Assembly: GCA_000934665.2 (NCBI GenBank)
Contig: JYFJ02001945.1
Coordinates: 1 to 64,000 of the forward strand
DNA: 64,000 nucleotides
DNA from: Catajapyx aquilonaris
Lineage: Eukaryota
Direction of reading: 5' to 3'
The notes beneath the pieces are model-generated. The model was not told where the DNA came from. It searched no databases and worked only from the letters and a program-made list of their open reading frames with translations. This document shows, in pieces, positions 25,652 to 38,760 of this stretch; the stretch's first letter is position 1, and every line of letters begins with the position of its first letter. The position numbers and the translations under genes were made by a program.

Positions 25652-25784
25652 GAAACCGAACCAATTCTGGAACCGGTTCGCTCATTTTATATTGGCAGCA
25701 AATAATAGAGAATGTTGATGTGAAGTTGAATGATCAATTTTGAGCCACCACATAGTGAGCCGGTTCCGGAACGGTTTAGGTTTC
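25652..25784. mobile_element. MITE-like imperfect inverted repeat
   Basis: 30-bp arms GAAACCGAACCAATTCTGGAACCGGTTCGC and GTGAGCCGGTTCCGGAACGGTTTAGGTTTC (23/30 complementary). AACCG-rich subterminal motifs. No clear TSD. Confidence 0.45.
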
Positions 25785-26208
25785 CTGGGTGATCTATATT
25801 GATCGCCATAAACACTTAATTTTTCAATAACCAAATCAGTTTTCTATGCTGCCGAGGTTCAGAGCTATTGGCTTGTCAGCTGCTTATATGTAGGTAAAAT
25901 AGAAAATAATGATGTAGGACCCATAATGCACCTTTTTATGCAGCATAAAGGTGGTAATTAGGCGTAGGCCTATATGGATTCGACGAACTGCATTGAACGA
26001 TGAGCACGGCTACACAAAAGGACAAGGTGTAGCGTCGTGAATGTGGCCTACAACAATGTGTAATAATGTTACCCCAATGTGAATTCTGGCCGAAGAAATA
26101 GTCTTTGAGTAAATGATCTGTAGAGGCTGATATTTGCATAATAAAAATGTACACTCATAGGAGTAATATTTATAAAATTATTATTTATTCAATTTAGAAG
26201 AGACATGA

Positions 26209-26271
26209 TTTAGAAATAGATTTTAGATATAGATATTACATATTAGATATAGATATTAGAGATAGATATAG
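26209..26271. repeat. Degenerate (TAGATA)n simple repeat
   Basis: Direct reading. Confidence 0.75.
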
Positions 26272-29200
26272 CCAGTGGTGTCCAGGTATTACCTGACCAC
26301 CTCGTTAAGACCAACATAATAACACCTCTGGTGACTGGTCAGGCTACGCAGAGTGTTACTGAAGGTGGGTTACACATCACCTTGAGAGTATACAACTGTG
26401 TCCGCTTGCCAAGCTTCTGAAGTAGCGCCGGCGCCTGTAAAAGGAAGCTGCTCTTAGCATGTCCCCTGCTTTTTTCCCTCTCTATCTTGTGTGGCAAAAA
26501 CAGGGGCCACCACACCCCATCCAGTGGCATGGTCGGGGGCGAGGGGGGCAAGGGGCGGGGGTTGATTCGATCGGCGATGGTCCCCTACACTCTTCTCCAG
26601 ACCCGGGCCCGCCCTGCTAACAAAGTGAGTCAGTCCCCCTTAGGAGTCCCGCGGGTCCCCCTATCCTTATTCCTCGGCAAAGCGACTCGCTCTTGGCCCC
26701 CGCCCCTCTACTATAATTCCCACTAAACCTACTCTAAGACAGGTTATAGCCTACAACACTACTAACACCAATCCCTATATTCACTCCAATTGCCTCCGAT
26801 GCATTAGCTTATTGGCACCGATGCAAAATGATTTTCATGCCAATATTATTGTAAGCACATTGGAGAGCGAAACTATTGTTGCAAAATAATGAGGGGAAAT
26901 AAAGTAAAGTAGTAGTTTTGGATGTACATGAACATACTGCACTATATACTGTATACAGCATCACCAGGTAGAATAGCCCACAAGTGTATACCTGATACGG
27001 CTTTCGATCCCCGAAAGTTAGGGCTGGCGTGCTGGGCATATACCAAGCACATCTCGAAGCACATACTGCTTATAATACTGGCTCTGCACGTTGCATTACT
27101 ATATAGAGGAGCATATTGCACTATGGTTTACATCAAAGTTTTGAAGCATGTTACGGTAAGTAGTTTACGACACATATAGTTAGCTCTATTGCCGAATTTT
27201 TGGAGGTAAAGTGCCTCTCAGGTTTTGTAGTAAGACATTAACCTGTGTACTATGGGTCTATAATTGCGGACACTGCATATTCTATCCTTTACTATCAGGT
27301 AATCCGTATGCATCAGGTAATGGTACTCACGGAATACACGAACGAACGAGTGTTTTCTTTCTCTTAAAGCTTCCTTACAAACGGCCCACGCCAAGTAACC
27401 AAATTCCGCTTTCAATTAATGAAAGTAGGTTAGCTTTTTTCCCCCTCCCGCTACAGTGAACTAATTAAGTTTTTCTGAATAATCATTTTTGTCCTTCCTT
27501 TCCTATAGTGGTTTTTCAAAAATTATAACTGACGGCAAGGGCAGTATTTTATGTGCATATTGCGAATGATATTACAGCTCCGTACAAACAGCTCCGTACA
27601 AACTTGAGAAGTATTTTTTTATTATTGATTGAGTTTGTACTCACAAATTCTGACATTTCGACCATATTATTTTCAATGCAAATAGGGCTTAACTGGCGCC
27701 ACATTTTACGTCAGCAGTCTTACATTGTAAGATAACGAATTGAAGCCCTCCAATACCTCAGACGTGCCTATTGTCCCAATTTTGCCGCTTTTGCCAATAT
27801 TAAAAGCTGGAGTCACGTCCACCATTAGCAATGTTTGCAAGAGTGGGGAGGAAGCTGAATTGTACAGGTATTGGAACCACCTCGAGAGAGAAGGAAGGAA
27901 AGAAAAAAAAAGAGTATGCCTACTGTAGAAGGGAGAAAGTGTCACCCAGGGAGGGTCCAAAAATGAAGTTAACCCCCTCCTATTTTGCGAGAGGAATGGA
28001 AATGGGCAAGAAAAACGAAGCGCTGAAACAGCGTTGACAGCCCCCCAGGAAAAAGGGTGCGTCGTTATTAATTCCGATCGTGTCTTATTCACAGAGACCA
28101 ATAGTTGGAAAGGGCCTAGTCACAAGTCCTGGGTCCTTCTCTTATCGCTTCCTTTAACAACACAGTTTGCGGATGCTGCACTCTCCAGCCTGTCAAATGG
28201 CAAGGGGGGGGGGGGCGATGGAACAATTTCTGCCAATCCTGATTTTTTGGGGGGAAGGGTTCACTTCCGCTCAGAGTCACGCTATACTGCCGACATTCCA
28301 GTTCCGATATAGCAGCCACACCCATTCAACTCTGTTTCGGCCTCATTTCAATTATTACAACGGCCCGCCCTACCCCCTTCAAAAACTTTGGTGTTTAGTC
28401 CCCTGTTTCAAAAATTGGTTTCATGCGCAACACTCTTCCACATATTGAGAATTCATGCCTGGGTTGCCCTAGATCGGACTGAGATCGACTTGGGGATGAC
28501 ATTTTTTTTTTTTTTTTTTGAAATGCTTCACTGTGGGTCTTTTTTTTATTACCCGGGGTCTGTGGAAGTTTTTGAATTTATTTTAGAGGGAGGCATGACT
28601 CCAGGGAGAAAGAGAGAGACGAATAAAGATTTTATATGTCGTTCCACCTATACGGTCTGGATGCTGTAAAATACGGTAGATGGGAATCAGAGTAAAAGTG
28701 TTCGAGATATTTTGGACACACGGTATATCTGTCAAGCAATAAAGTCAGTCTAGAAGTGCTTACTTTTTTTATATTTGTAAGTAGAACGTGGACGTTCATG
28801 CAGACTGGAAAAGCAACTGGTTAAAATTATTCCAGGTCAGCAGGAAAAATTTATAGACATTATTGTTTTAGGAAATTGACTCCACATCAATGAAAAGGCA
28901 TAAAAAATAAATCGGGAACCAAATTGCTGTGGTGCCGGAAACTGGTTTTTTTTTCCTGGTCCTTTCCTAAGTGTTACATTGAAACCCCGGGCAGATACGA
29001 CACACTTTCGGACCGTTACGCCCCCCCCTACCCTCCCCTCCTGCATAAATTCGAGAATGCAATGGCTTTTGTGAATTTGCGACCACCTCCATAGACACTC
29101 CCCACGTTGCAGAGGTCAAGTTTATAACCCATATGGGCGAGCCGCCAAATTCGTTCATATCGGTTGTAGCCGGAAACCCATCGCTTAACTACCACTTTCC

Positions 29201-32002
29201 TGAATTTTTTGAAATGAGGAAACTCGCAATATCATTTTTTTTGGCACTGTTGCTGAACTGTTGCCATAACTGCTCGTCTCTGAAATACGATGGATGAGCC
29301 GGATGAGTGGGTGTCATTTTCAAAAAAAAAAAAGTTATAAGTTTAGCTCTGGCAGCCTCATGGGCTGTGTATGTGTTTTAATATAACTTATTCACAATCG
29401 TAGGATTCTAGCACTATTTTTTAGAAGACTACTTTATAGCCTGTCCTGTAGAGCGACCAGGGCTAGTGTGAGGTGACATCTAACGGAGGGAATGTGCGCC
29501 ATCACGTGTAGTACATGCTGAATTACACATACCTGAAACGATGACACATTTGAATGATTTTGAAATAATAATGCAATTTTTTCTATTGTGATACAACACA
29601 TTTTTTTCCCCAGACACTGATTTGTATTTCATGCCTTAACATTCGGATCCGGTCACGTTTCATTGGGGGGGTTTATCCATAAAATGGTTTCCAGATGCAA
29701 AACTTTTGGTCGTGTCACTTTCCGGCCATCCTGTACATATCCCTTCCAGTGTGCATAGCCTCAGCAAATAACAACCCTCGTCGATGTCCCCTCAGGGGGG
29801 GCACGTCTCCCCAGGCCTGTATATTTCACCTTCAGCCACAATCTTCCTGGAAACTCCCCTGGGGACGCAACGAAATCCTTACGAGTGTTTCCTAGAGAAA
29901 ATCCCCCCTTCTCTCCGGCCGCAAAGTCCCGGGGCCGAGGTGATGTAGTAGCTTTGAATTTCGACCAGTGGCCGAAGAGTGCCAAGCGAGAAGGATTTAT
30001 GGGATTACTTAACCGGTTGTTAGTCGGGCGTTCTCCAGCTTTTATTCCCTCCTGCCGCGTTTTGGCTGAAGGGAAGAGGAGGAGAGAGAGAGAGGGGGGG
30101 GGAAACCCCGCGGAGAGGAAGAGCAAATCAGGAAACACAAATACGGCACCAGCCAGAAAGTCAACGTAGGGCACAATTGGCCCTACTCAACGGGCCAAAA
30201 CGGAGGAACGAAACTGCTGGACTCACCTACAAAACGCGCTGGAACCGAATCCATTAGTGGACATAACAACTGGGAGGGGTTCCATCTGCATGCTGGGTCA
30301 AGCAGCGGGGGACAATGCAAATATTATTCCTCTTGTCGATGCCGCATGCGTTTAGCAACTTTCACTCCTGAGGATGATTAAATGGAGGCTTAGCAAGCAC
30401 AGGGTGTACCGCATCAGAACGAACTGTGCAAATCTTTCTCCTAATAGGCTTATTCTCTCTGTCGGACCTCATAGTACCGCTATTCTCGCACGACCTGAGT
30501 GTGGCAGGAGCGTGAAGAGGGAGTATGCGCCATCTATGCGCGAAGAATACTACGACGTGGTAAATCGACGGGCCATCTTATTAAAATTACTTGATTGTCA
30601 TTGTTATACTGATTATCTCTGTCTCCCTAAAATGGCTCCGCCCTCTAATGGGGTAAATAAAATTAACAAAAAATACTGATTATCTCTATATAGGCTACTT
30701 ATAAACATGAAAGTTGGTACATAATGATCTATGTATGTTTGTCCGGGCTACCTAACCCACTTCCACACCTCTGAGAGGCCTATAATTTGCCACACCGATG
30801 TCATATGTGCCACTAATTGAGGCAAAAGTTCGAAAACTACACTTTTTTTTAGTTTAAATGCTCAAAATTTAGGATTTTTTTGTTTTTTATGAAGTTTAGT
30901 GTTCTGCGGCAAATTGTCACGCTATCACAGCTGACACTTCTATGTTTTACAAACTTGTATCATTTATCAATCTCCGGGCGAAGAACGGGTCCAGTATAAT
31001 ATATTAAAGGTTTTGACAAATTTTGGCAACGTGTTCACTAGTAAACAAAATAATACGAAATAAGTGTCAAATTCATATATGTGTGCGAGGCATATATATC
31101 CTGACTAAAAATGGAAGCACTAATTTTCTCACGATTCAGTTTCACCTTAATTAGGCAGTATATAGCCAAGCTTCATTAATTAGGCTAATGCCTTCCGGCT
31201 GGGAAGAGCAAGAGGTTGGGACCGGGGTATGAGTTTCCCCAGACAAATAACGTTATCTCCACGACAATATTATTTTATCCGCCCAGGCTTTTGTAAAAGC
31301 CTCCAGATAAACCCCACGCGAGTATTCGGTCGACTTCACATGCTTTCCTGTAAAGAAAAAAAAAAAACTCGGGAGTGTATCGCTCTTCATCTACGGTTGA
31401 GAGAGAGAAAAAAAAGGAGAGGCTCCGCTTCCGACAGAATGTTCTTAGAATGCAATAAGAACCAGGTTTGTTTAAACCCCCCTTTCCTTTTCCTTGGGCT
31501 GGAACTTGTGGATGCAGTGCAGTGCGGCCTAAAGATCGCAGTAAGTGGATGGAGAAGAGCTTGCATTCCGAGAGGAGGACAAGTGGGCGAGTTCCTCGAC
31601 TTCACCTGACCGGAATGAAAGGGAGCCACTTGACAGAGCGAGGGACAGATAGTGCTCAATCTCATCCTTCTCTCAGAGGGAACACCCCCTCCCTCGTACC
31701 GTATCCGATGAATTCCTTCTCATCAGACTTCAACTCCCCAAGGAAAAGAGATCTACTTCCCAAAGGATGCCTTGCATTTTTAACAACCAAAGGTTGTTTT
31801 TTTTGTTGTGTCTTGATGGCGTGTTTCTCGCCAAGGGTTTTTGGGACCGCCAGCTTAAGTATCGATTGACATATGCAGCAGGTGGTGCCTCATGCTTTTT
31901 ATACTCTTGGATTAAAAATTACAGGACCCCTTCCGCCATATTGTGCACTAATAGGTGTCATTACAGGATGAGTCATAATAAACAAATAAATAAAAAACAA
32001 TG

Positions 32003-32060
32003 GGTGGAATTTTCGTCCCACTGAGTAACTAGCACAGTGCAGTGGGACGAAAATTCCACC
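32003..32060. repeat. Perfect 21-bp inverted repeat with 16-nt spacer
   Basis: GGTGGAATTTTCGTCCCACTG (32003-32023) and CAGTGGGACGAAAATTCCACC (32040-32060). Confidence 0.95.
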
Positions 32061-35000
32061 AAATATTTTTTTGGCCCCCTGCGTGTTGAGTTGTCCGTTA
32101 GACAAGAGAGGCGGTTGGGTTGCGTGAGTGTCAGGATATGTTTCTTTTTTATCGGGGAATTGAGTGTGAAGAGGAAGTGGTTGCGATTTCGGATGGTACG
32201 GAAGCGTAAGTTGATATGTGCGGTGCAACAAGCGCTATTGAACTGCCTATCTAGCTGTCTCGGGCTTCCAAGCACAGTAATTACAGGCGGTGTTCAAACC
32301 CAATTATGATTTAATTAACATCAAAATTTTAGAGGAAAATCATGGGGTCAGGCGACCACATCTTTTTAATGATGCATCATCAGTGCAAACTTCAGGTTAG
32401 AATAATTATTAAACATACGACTATTTTGAACTTAAAAGCAACAATTTTAATAATTAGAGCAAAGCATTGTCTGATAAATTATTTCCATGTTTATTGGATG
32501 ATTGCACGAATGAAATAGTTTGGGAACACTGCAAGGCTGTGCGGAACTAACTTATTCGTAGCATAAATTAATCCGCTTTGTAATTTATTAAAAACTTTGT
32601 AGCGGACGTACAGGATGCAGTCTAATCACGCTAGAAAGTTAGGTAGTGAGCTATGAATTTATAATAAGCAAAAAATACTAATCACTAATCTTTGCTAAGT
32701 GCCTGAGATTTTGGTTTTATCATCAGCATTCTGAATCTACTTAATGAATTAACAAGTGCAGTTTGGGCTTTCCATGAAACTGCACCTAGTGCAATTAGTT
32801 AGCAATTAATTTCCGCCCTATTTCCAAAGATGTGATGGAACGATATTACTGCAGATGCGAAATATAAAACAACGCATCCTTGACACTAATCCAGTGACCT
32901 GCATTTTACCAACCGATTTGCCAATATAAAATTAAAGGTTCTCCCTCGAGTCTTTCCCCCCCAACCGACAAATACCATGATTAAATGGAGGGAGGGTGAG
33001 TTCATGCCTCCTAAATTAGATGAGATTAGCCTACCCCCCGTATATTGCGATATGATCGTGTAAATGATAAAATCGGCAGATTATCTAATTATTCCCTTTC
33101 GCGAATAATCACAGTGAGCAGTTAACGAACCATGGTCTGAACCCTCCCATTTGTTCGCTTTTCTCATTTCCGATCAGCAGCCCCCCCAACTCCACGAGCC
33201 TTGTTACAGACGGTATATATACGATGTGCAGCATTGGGCTATAATTAATACACCGAGTTCTCGAAAATGGAATTTTTTCTGTGGGATGTTGCAGAAATTT
33301 ATCAGGAGGCGTGCAAGTGATGAGAAGCATTGTCAAGAAAAAAACCTTGGGCTGCTAAAGAAGAAGAAAAAAAAAGAAGAGCTAGAAAGAAAAGTACCGA
33401 AAAAAAAAGTTGCAATGGAGCGAAAACACGCCCTTGTTTGTGTTATTGGAAAAGTTGGCAATTTATGTGAGGCAGGCGATGGATTGGCTCTGGCGGATAG
33501 TAAATCTTGGGATTAGCCGCCGGGTTTCGCAATCCCCTAAATTACATCCCTGTACTCCGCGCAATTTTTTTTTTCTCGCGAAGAGAGAAAGCGGGTGAAA
33601 AGTCGATGAGGTTTCATAATCCAAACCCCCTTCTCTCTCTGAAATTCTGCCCCCCTCCCCCACCCTACAACCCAGTTTCCAATTTCCCCCCTCGAAACTC
33701 GTAATAGACGTTGTTTGCTAACGACGCTTGCAACGGCCATTAGCAAAGAAATGCGAAATTAAGTTCTGCAGCTCGAGCACCCTAAATAAAGCCAATGACT
33801 CGTTTTGCGAGGTGGTGAAGTCGATATGGGAGGGTGGGTGAGGGGGTGTACTTTTTTGGGGTGGGGGGGGGGGAAGCTGATTATCATAAACTCGCAACTG
33901 TCCCACGTTTTATTTTAATGAGGGATTGCCAGTGGCAATGTGAACATGGGATTAGTAGGCGCTAATTGGTTGGGCTTTTATTCCCGCTCTAGTTTTTTTC
34001 CTACTGTTTTTTTTTTTTTTGGGTGGGGAACAGAGGGCCAGAGGTCTTATGGTATGAAACATTGGCGGTGGCTTGTTAGCAAAATGCACAATGATGCAAT
34101 TTTGCTAATTGTGTTGCTGGACAAAGGACCACCCTGCATAAATTCATTATACATGTAAAAGGTTGGCGGCCATTGGCCAATCATGCCGTGGCAGATACTT
34201 TCGTGGGAAAACAATAGCCTGCGGATTAAGCCGACACTGCCCCGGTTTTTAAAATTGTATTTGCTCCCCAGTAATTTACGTTGGATTTGTGTGCTAGGGT
34301 AAGAAAGGGGGGGGGGAGGTCCCGCCGATTACCAGGAATTTCATATAAGTTATGCTCTCCCTTCATTGTAAAACGCTGGCAGTGACCTGATCAACATTTC
34401 AAATTATGGCAATTGCTTTTTCTCTAATGCCCCGCGCTGTAAGGGCGGAATAATCACATCAGTGAATTAATTTGCATTTGTTGCATTTTTAATGAGGAAA
34501 TACTCAATTTGTTTAATCTTTGGTACTTGAAGCAACATTTCTATTACAGCCACAAAGTAAAATATCATGTATTCTCGGGCGAAATATTTTGAATGTATTT
34601 TTGTGTAAACTTATTTGAACATGGTGGTTTATGCAAATTGCGCGGCATAAAAAATTGAATGTTAGCCCCTTAAAAAGGAGCGGTTTTCATGCAGAACATG
34701 ATCTTTGATTATGATCAACATTCACGTCGCATCTGAAGACATGAAATAAAAATGAGTGCGTATTAATGCAGGAAGAATGCCAAGTAGTATTCCGTGAGAG
34801 GAGAAATGGATCCACGGGTCGAGTCCGATTCAGTGGGACATCGGAGTCAGACACGGGGATTATTTTCTGCCGATGTGCAAGAGAGAGAAGAGAGGAACAG
34901 GAGTGTGTGTGTGTGTGTTGTGGATGAAATTGGATTTCGGTGTGGTATTAGGCACGAGGATGATCAGTTAACCAAATGAGGCAGCAGTCTATGTGGGGTT

Positions 35001-37295
35001 CCCCTTTCGAAGGGCTTTGCATCTGACGATGGGCTGCTGATATCGGTTTTTCTCACCGACAGCGATATTGGATGCTGATACCTGATACCGACTCTCACTC
35101 GACTCATATTCACTCGGTCATCTCCTGTACACTGCTCCACTGTTTGGTGTAACCTTTGATGCGTCTACATGTTTGTGCAATTGTAGACCAGCAGCTCTTT
35201 TTTTGATAGGGGAAAAAACAAGAAAGTTGAGGTTTGAGAAGTGTCAAGTAGGCCTATGTTGCGATTTGTTTGTGGTTCTCTCAAGGGCTACTCACACAGT
35301 ACAAAAGTCGGATCATGTTGTTTTTCTTTGCCATTGATTCTGACTCGACAGTTAATGCCTATGAAAACTTGACCTGTTTTTTCTCTATAGAGTCTGGACG
35401 GATGAACTGTACTATAGTATCAAATACTTCAGCAAGATCAAACTGCAAGTATTAGCAATGATTAAATATCACATATTTGAGACTGTACGATTCTAGAAAT
35501 TTGAAAGCTGAATTTGGAATGTGGTTACATGATTACTGAATTCCATGAGATGTTGCTGATTACTGCCTGGAGGAATTCACCTAAGTTCCTGGCATATTTA
35601 TTCATACTGTACACTGTGAAATACTGTACAGAATGCCATCCAAGTGATCAACGAATACGTTTGCCAGTATACGGATAGCTTATAAATAACTGCACGATAA
35701 ATGCAGTATATGTAACTCGTTATCTATAGTCATTGTTGCTAAACAATGTAAGTTGTGCATTGCCAGATCCTTTTACATGCTGACAAAATGTGTACAGTGT
35801 AAAATAGTACAGGCGGTCTTTATTTCTTGTGTTATTATGCCAATGCGACGTGTTCACTACTAATTATCATAGAGGTACAATGGAACCGTTGCCATGTAAT
35901 GATATGTAAATTCAGGTACCTGTACCTAGATGCACGTAGCCGACACAAAAGTGGCTTTTTGGCAAAGTCTCTGCAAATGAAATTTTGTTGTTCTTTCCCC
36001 GAGGCTTTCAATTATCCTTGATTCAGAGCATGCAAAATTTTGCACTTTGTTTCCAGTTGTTCCGATTTTCAGCTCATACATTTTGTTTACAACGTTGTGT
36101 TTGACACACAACATTTTCATATAGAGTCGGCAAGTTGAGACATTTCCCCTGAATTCAATGCATCATGTCCAAACTAGCCTCTATCTTCAGACTAACAAGT
36201 TCGCAGAAAGGTTCATTCATTCGTTAAATCAAGTCAAAATTGGGTGGGCTGAGATATCAGATGAAAGGGGGCGGTTTCTGAATTTCCATTTCCATATGCC
36301 AATTAATGAGGACCATTTATTTCCTCTGGCAGCCCATGCGCTCCTTGATCTTTCAATGGTGCTGATATAGGCTGCTGTGACTGAAAATGCCGATTACGAC
36401 CCATTGAACTCGCGACACTTGGAGGACAAACATTATAGCAACGTATATAGAGAAAGCACATGCGCTAATGACAGAGAGTCAGAGTGTAAGTCTGCTGTTG
36501 CAGATCTGTTTCAATTAGTGATGTGACAGAGGCTCAGTTTTTTGTGTTCTCTAGGGATGGGAGATTATGACGGGACCGCAGGGAGGAAGGAAAAAGAGAG
36601 AGAAAAAAGTTAATGCGATTTTCTGTTCCTCCCATCAATGTTCCTTGCAGCACAAATAAGTGAAATAACCTTTCCTGCCTTTTGAGGCCAGCATCACAGC
36701 GAAAAGCTCTATGACGTATAGGTATGACACGTAAATACTGCCTGCTTAGTGAAAATAAGCTTAACATGGTTATATTCAAATGAAGTCAATCCACTAGCTA
36801 CATCAGGAATAAAAATAGTTGGCACACTTTTTGTAAAAAAAAAATGTCTGCATTTTAATTTCAGTCAATGCTCTTGTTTTATTCCGACATAAATTGCCCA
36901 CAGAATGCGGATTACACGATATGTTCCCTGCACGTGTTAACTCTCTTTATCCTGCAAAGCACCACGTTTATCCGGAATTATTACCACGCTAAGGAAGATG
37001 AGAGACCCAAACCCTGGCAGGAACATCCTCTCTCTTTTTTTCTCTCTCTGGATCCTTTCCCAAGCATCTTCATCGAATGATCCTTGGCTTGGGGTATAGG
37101 CTCTTGAAGTATAGGGTTGGCCAAGTGCGTTTTCTTGCTTTGAAATGGGAGATGGTTTTGGTGCTGGGTAAAGATGGATAAGAAAGAACCTTCCCCATTT
37201 TCAAGCCTGTTTTTTCTTCTTCTTTTGTTTTAAAACCGGGCATCAAGGCAGACGTCGTCGTCGTCGTGCTGCGGGGGGGTTGACACAGCAGAGTC

Positions 37296-37411
37296 GAGAG
37301 AGAGAGAGAGAAGAAGTAACCATGGAAACTCTGTGGAGGTGCCGGGTAACGACGTCAGTGTCAGTCCGGGGCTACAGATGGCCAGAGATCCACTGGCACA
37401 AAAGGGTTAGG
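37296..37411 (+). promoter_or_regulatory. Candidate RFX-type promoter (GA tract, two X-boxes, Inr-like TCAGT)
   Basis: GTAACCATGGAAAC (37316-37329) fits the X-box GTHNYYATRRNAAC. A second X-box-like GGTGCCGGGTAAC at 37338-37350. TCAGT at 37355 and TCAGTC at 37361. Confidence 0.4.
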
Positions 37412-38279
37412 CAGTGTCGAGTGCGTTTGGTGACAGGTGTTTCTAGATTCTGGGGGGGATGGGGGAGGGGGTTGGAAAACTGATTTTAGCGCAATTTTGG
37501 GCGGAAGAGGTCCTTTAATGGCTTATCTCGCTCCCGGGCCTCGTTTATCATCCTCAGGCATCCAAACCTGCGCGACCAAAACTCTTCAGGCTAATGAATT
37601 GCCTTTCCATATAAACCGTGGTCAGTGCAAACAGGAGACCTTCTCAGATGCCCCAGGTGCTACTCAAAGTCTTCGCCATCCTGAAATTATATCGCGGATA
37701 CTTGAAAAAGTGAGGCGGGCTAATTAATCATGTAACCTCAGTGTAAATGCATTAACCCAATTGGGCGGTAACAGGAGTTGGAAATAGATGGTTTGGGAAA
37801 GGCCCCCCTTTATATGTGGGAGGGCCTCATCTGCTCGAATCATGTGGTTTATGCTTGTAATGGCGTTACTGTGGATTTAATTACATTACGTGAATTTATT
37901 AGGCTGTAATATTGAAGCATTAATTATTAATTAGATGGGATGGCGCACTGACCAAATGCTCAATTTAAGAGGATGTATAGGGTGAAAAAATTGATGTGAA
38001 ATTCAGGCAGGTAGTTTACGTGCCAATATTGACGAACTTTTAAGTTACTTATGCATTTATTTATTTATTCAATACCACATTAGGCCTTTTTAGGGGAAGA
38101 CATCAGAAAACTTGAACTGTGGAAATTGTTAGATCAAACAACTCATAGTGTCTTCTTCTATGCGTGTTTGGTGATTGAACACTTTATATGCTCTGATGAT
38201 TAATGGCTACATTTCAATGTGATTCTGTCAAACCTTCAGTCATCATTTAGGAGATACGGACTGACGCGATGACGTTTAC

Positions 38280-38760
38280 AACTCTGGGGGGAAAAAAATC
38301 GACCATATTAATGAGACCTACTATGGTCATCATATTAAGCTCATGAGTAGCACACACAAAAAAGTGTTTGTCATATTTTTCCAGGCCTGTTATGCATAGT
38401 ACAGTATTCATCGAGGCTGTCGTATAAATGAGCTTTACTGTACAGAAAACAGTACTCGGACATATGCCGAGTACTATTATGAGCTGTACATGACGGGTGT
38501 CACACAGAAGTGGCAGAATTGATGTAATTTTTGTAATTGGCAGCTTGCATCCTTTTTCAACTGCGAAGTAATTTTGACTCAATAAGCCATTATAGCAAGT
38601 GTATAGCGCAGGACGTACATTACGAGACTTCGTTGACAGTAATCCAACCGGATATCTTTGAAAAGCCAGTCTCGTTATTTTACGCGACAGCTGGACGGGT
38701 TAAAGACGGGCCAGCTCTTGGGATAGTGTCACAAAACATGTGACAACACATCATCATCTT
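38280..38760 (-). mobile_element. Possible decayed hAT transposase fragment
   Basis: Minus strand: SCAIHLL (CAIH 38599-38610, cf. CxAH), LPLLCDTR (CDTR 38493-38504, cf. TRW), and DKHFF about 42 codons later (cf. DxxFW). Confidence 0.4.

Noticed and set aside
35500..35800. Possible pogo DDE relic on the minus strand (IPPGS...)
   Set aside because: Single marginal motif.
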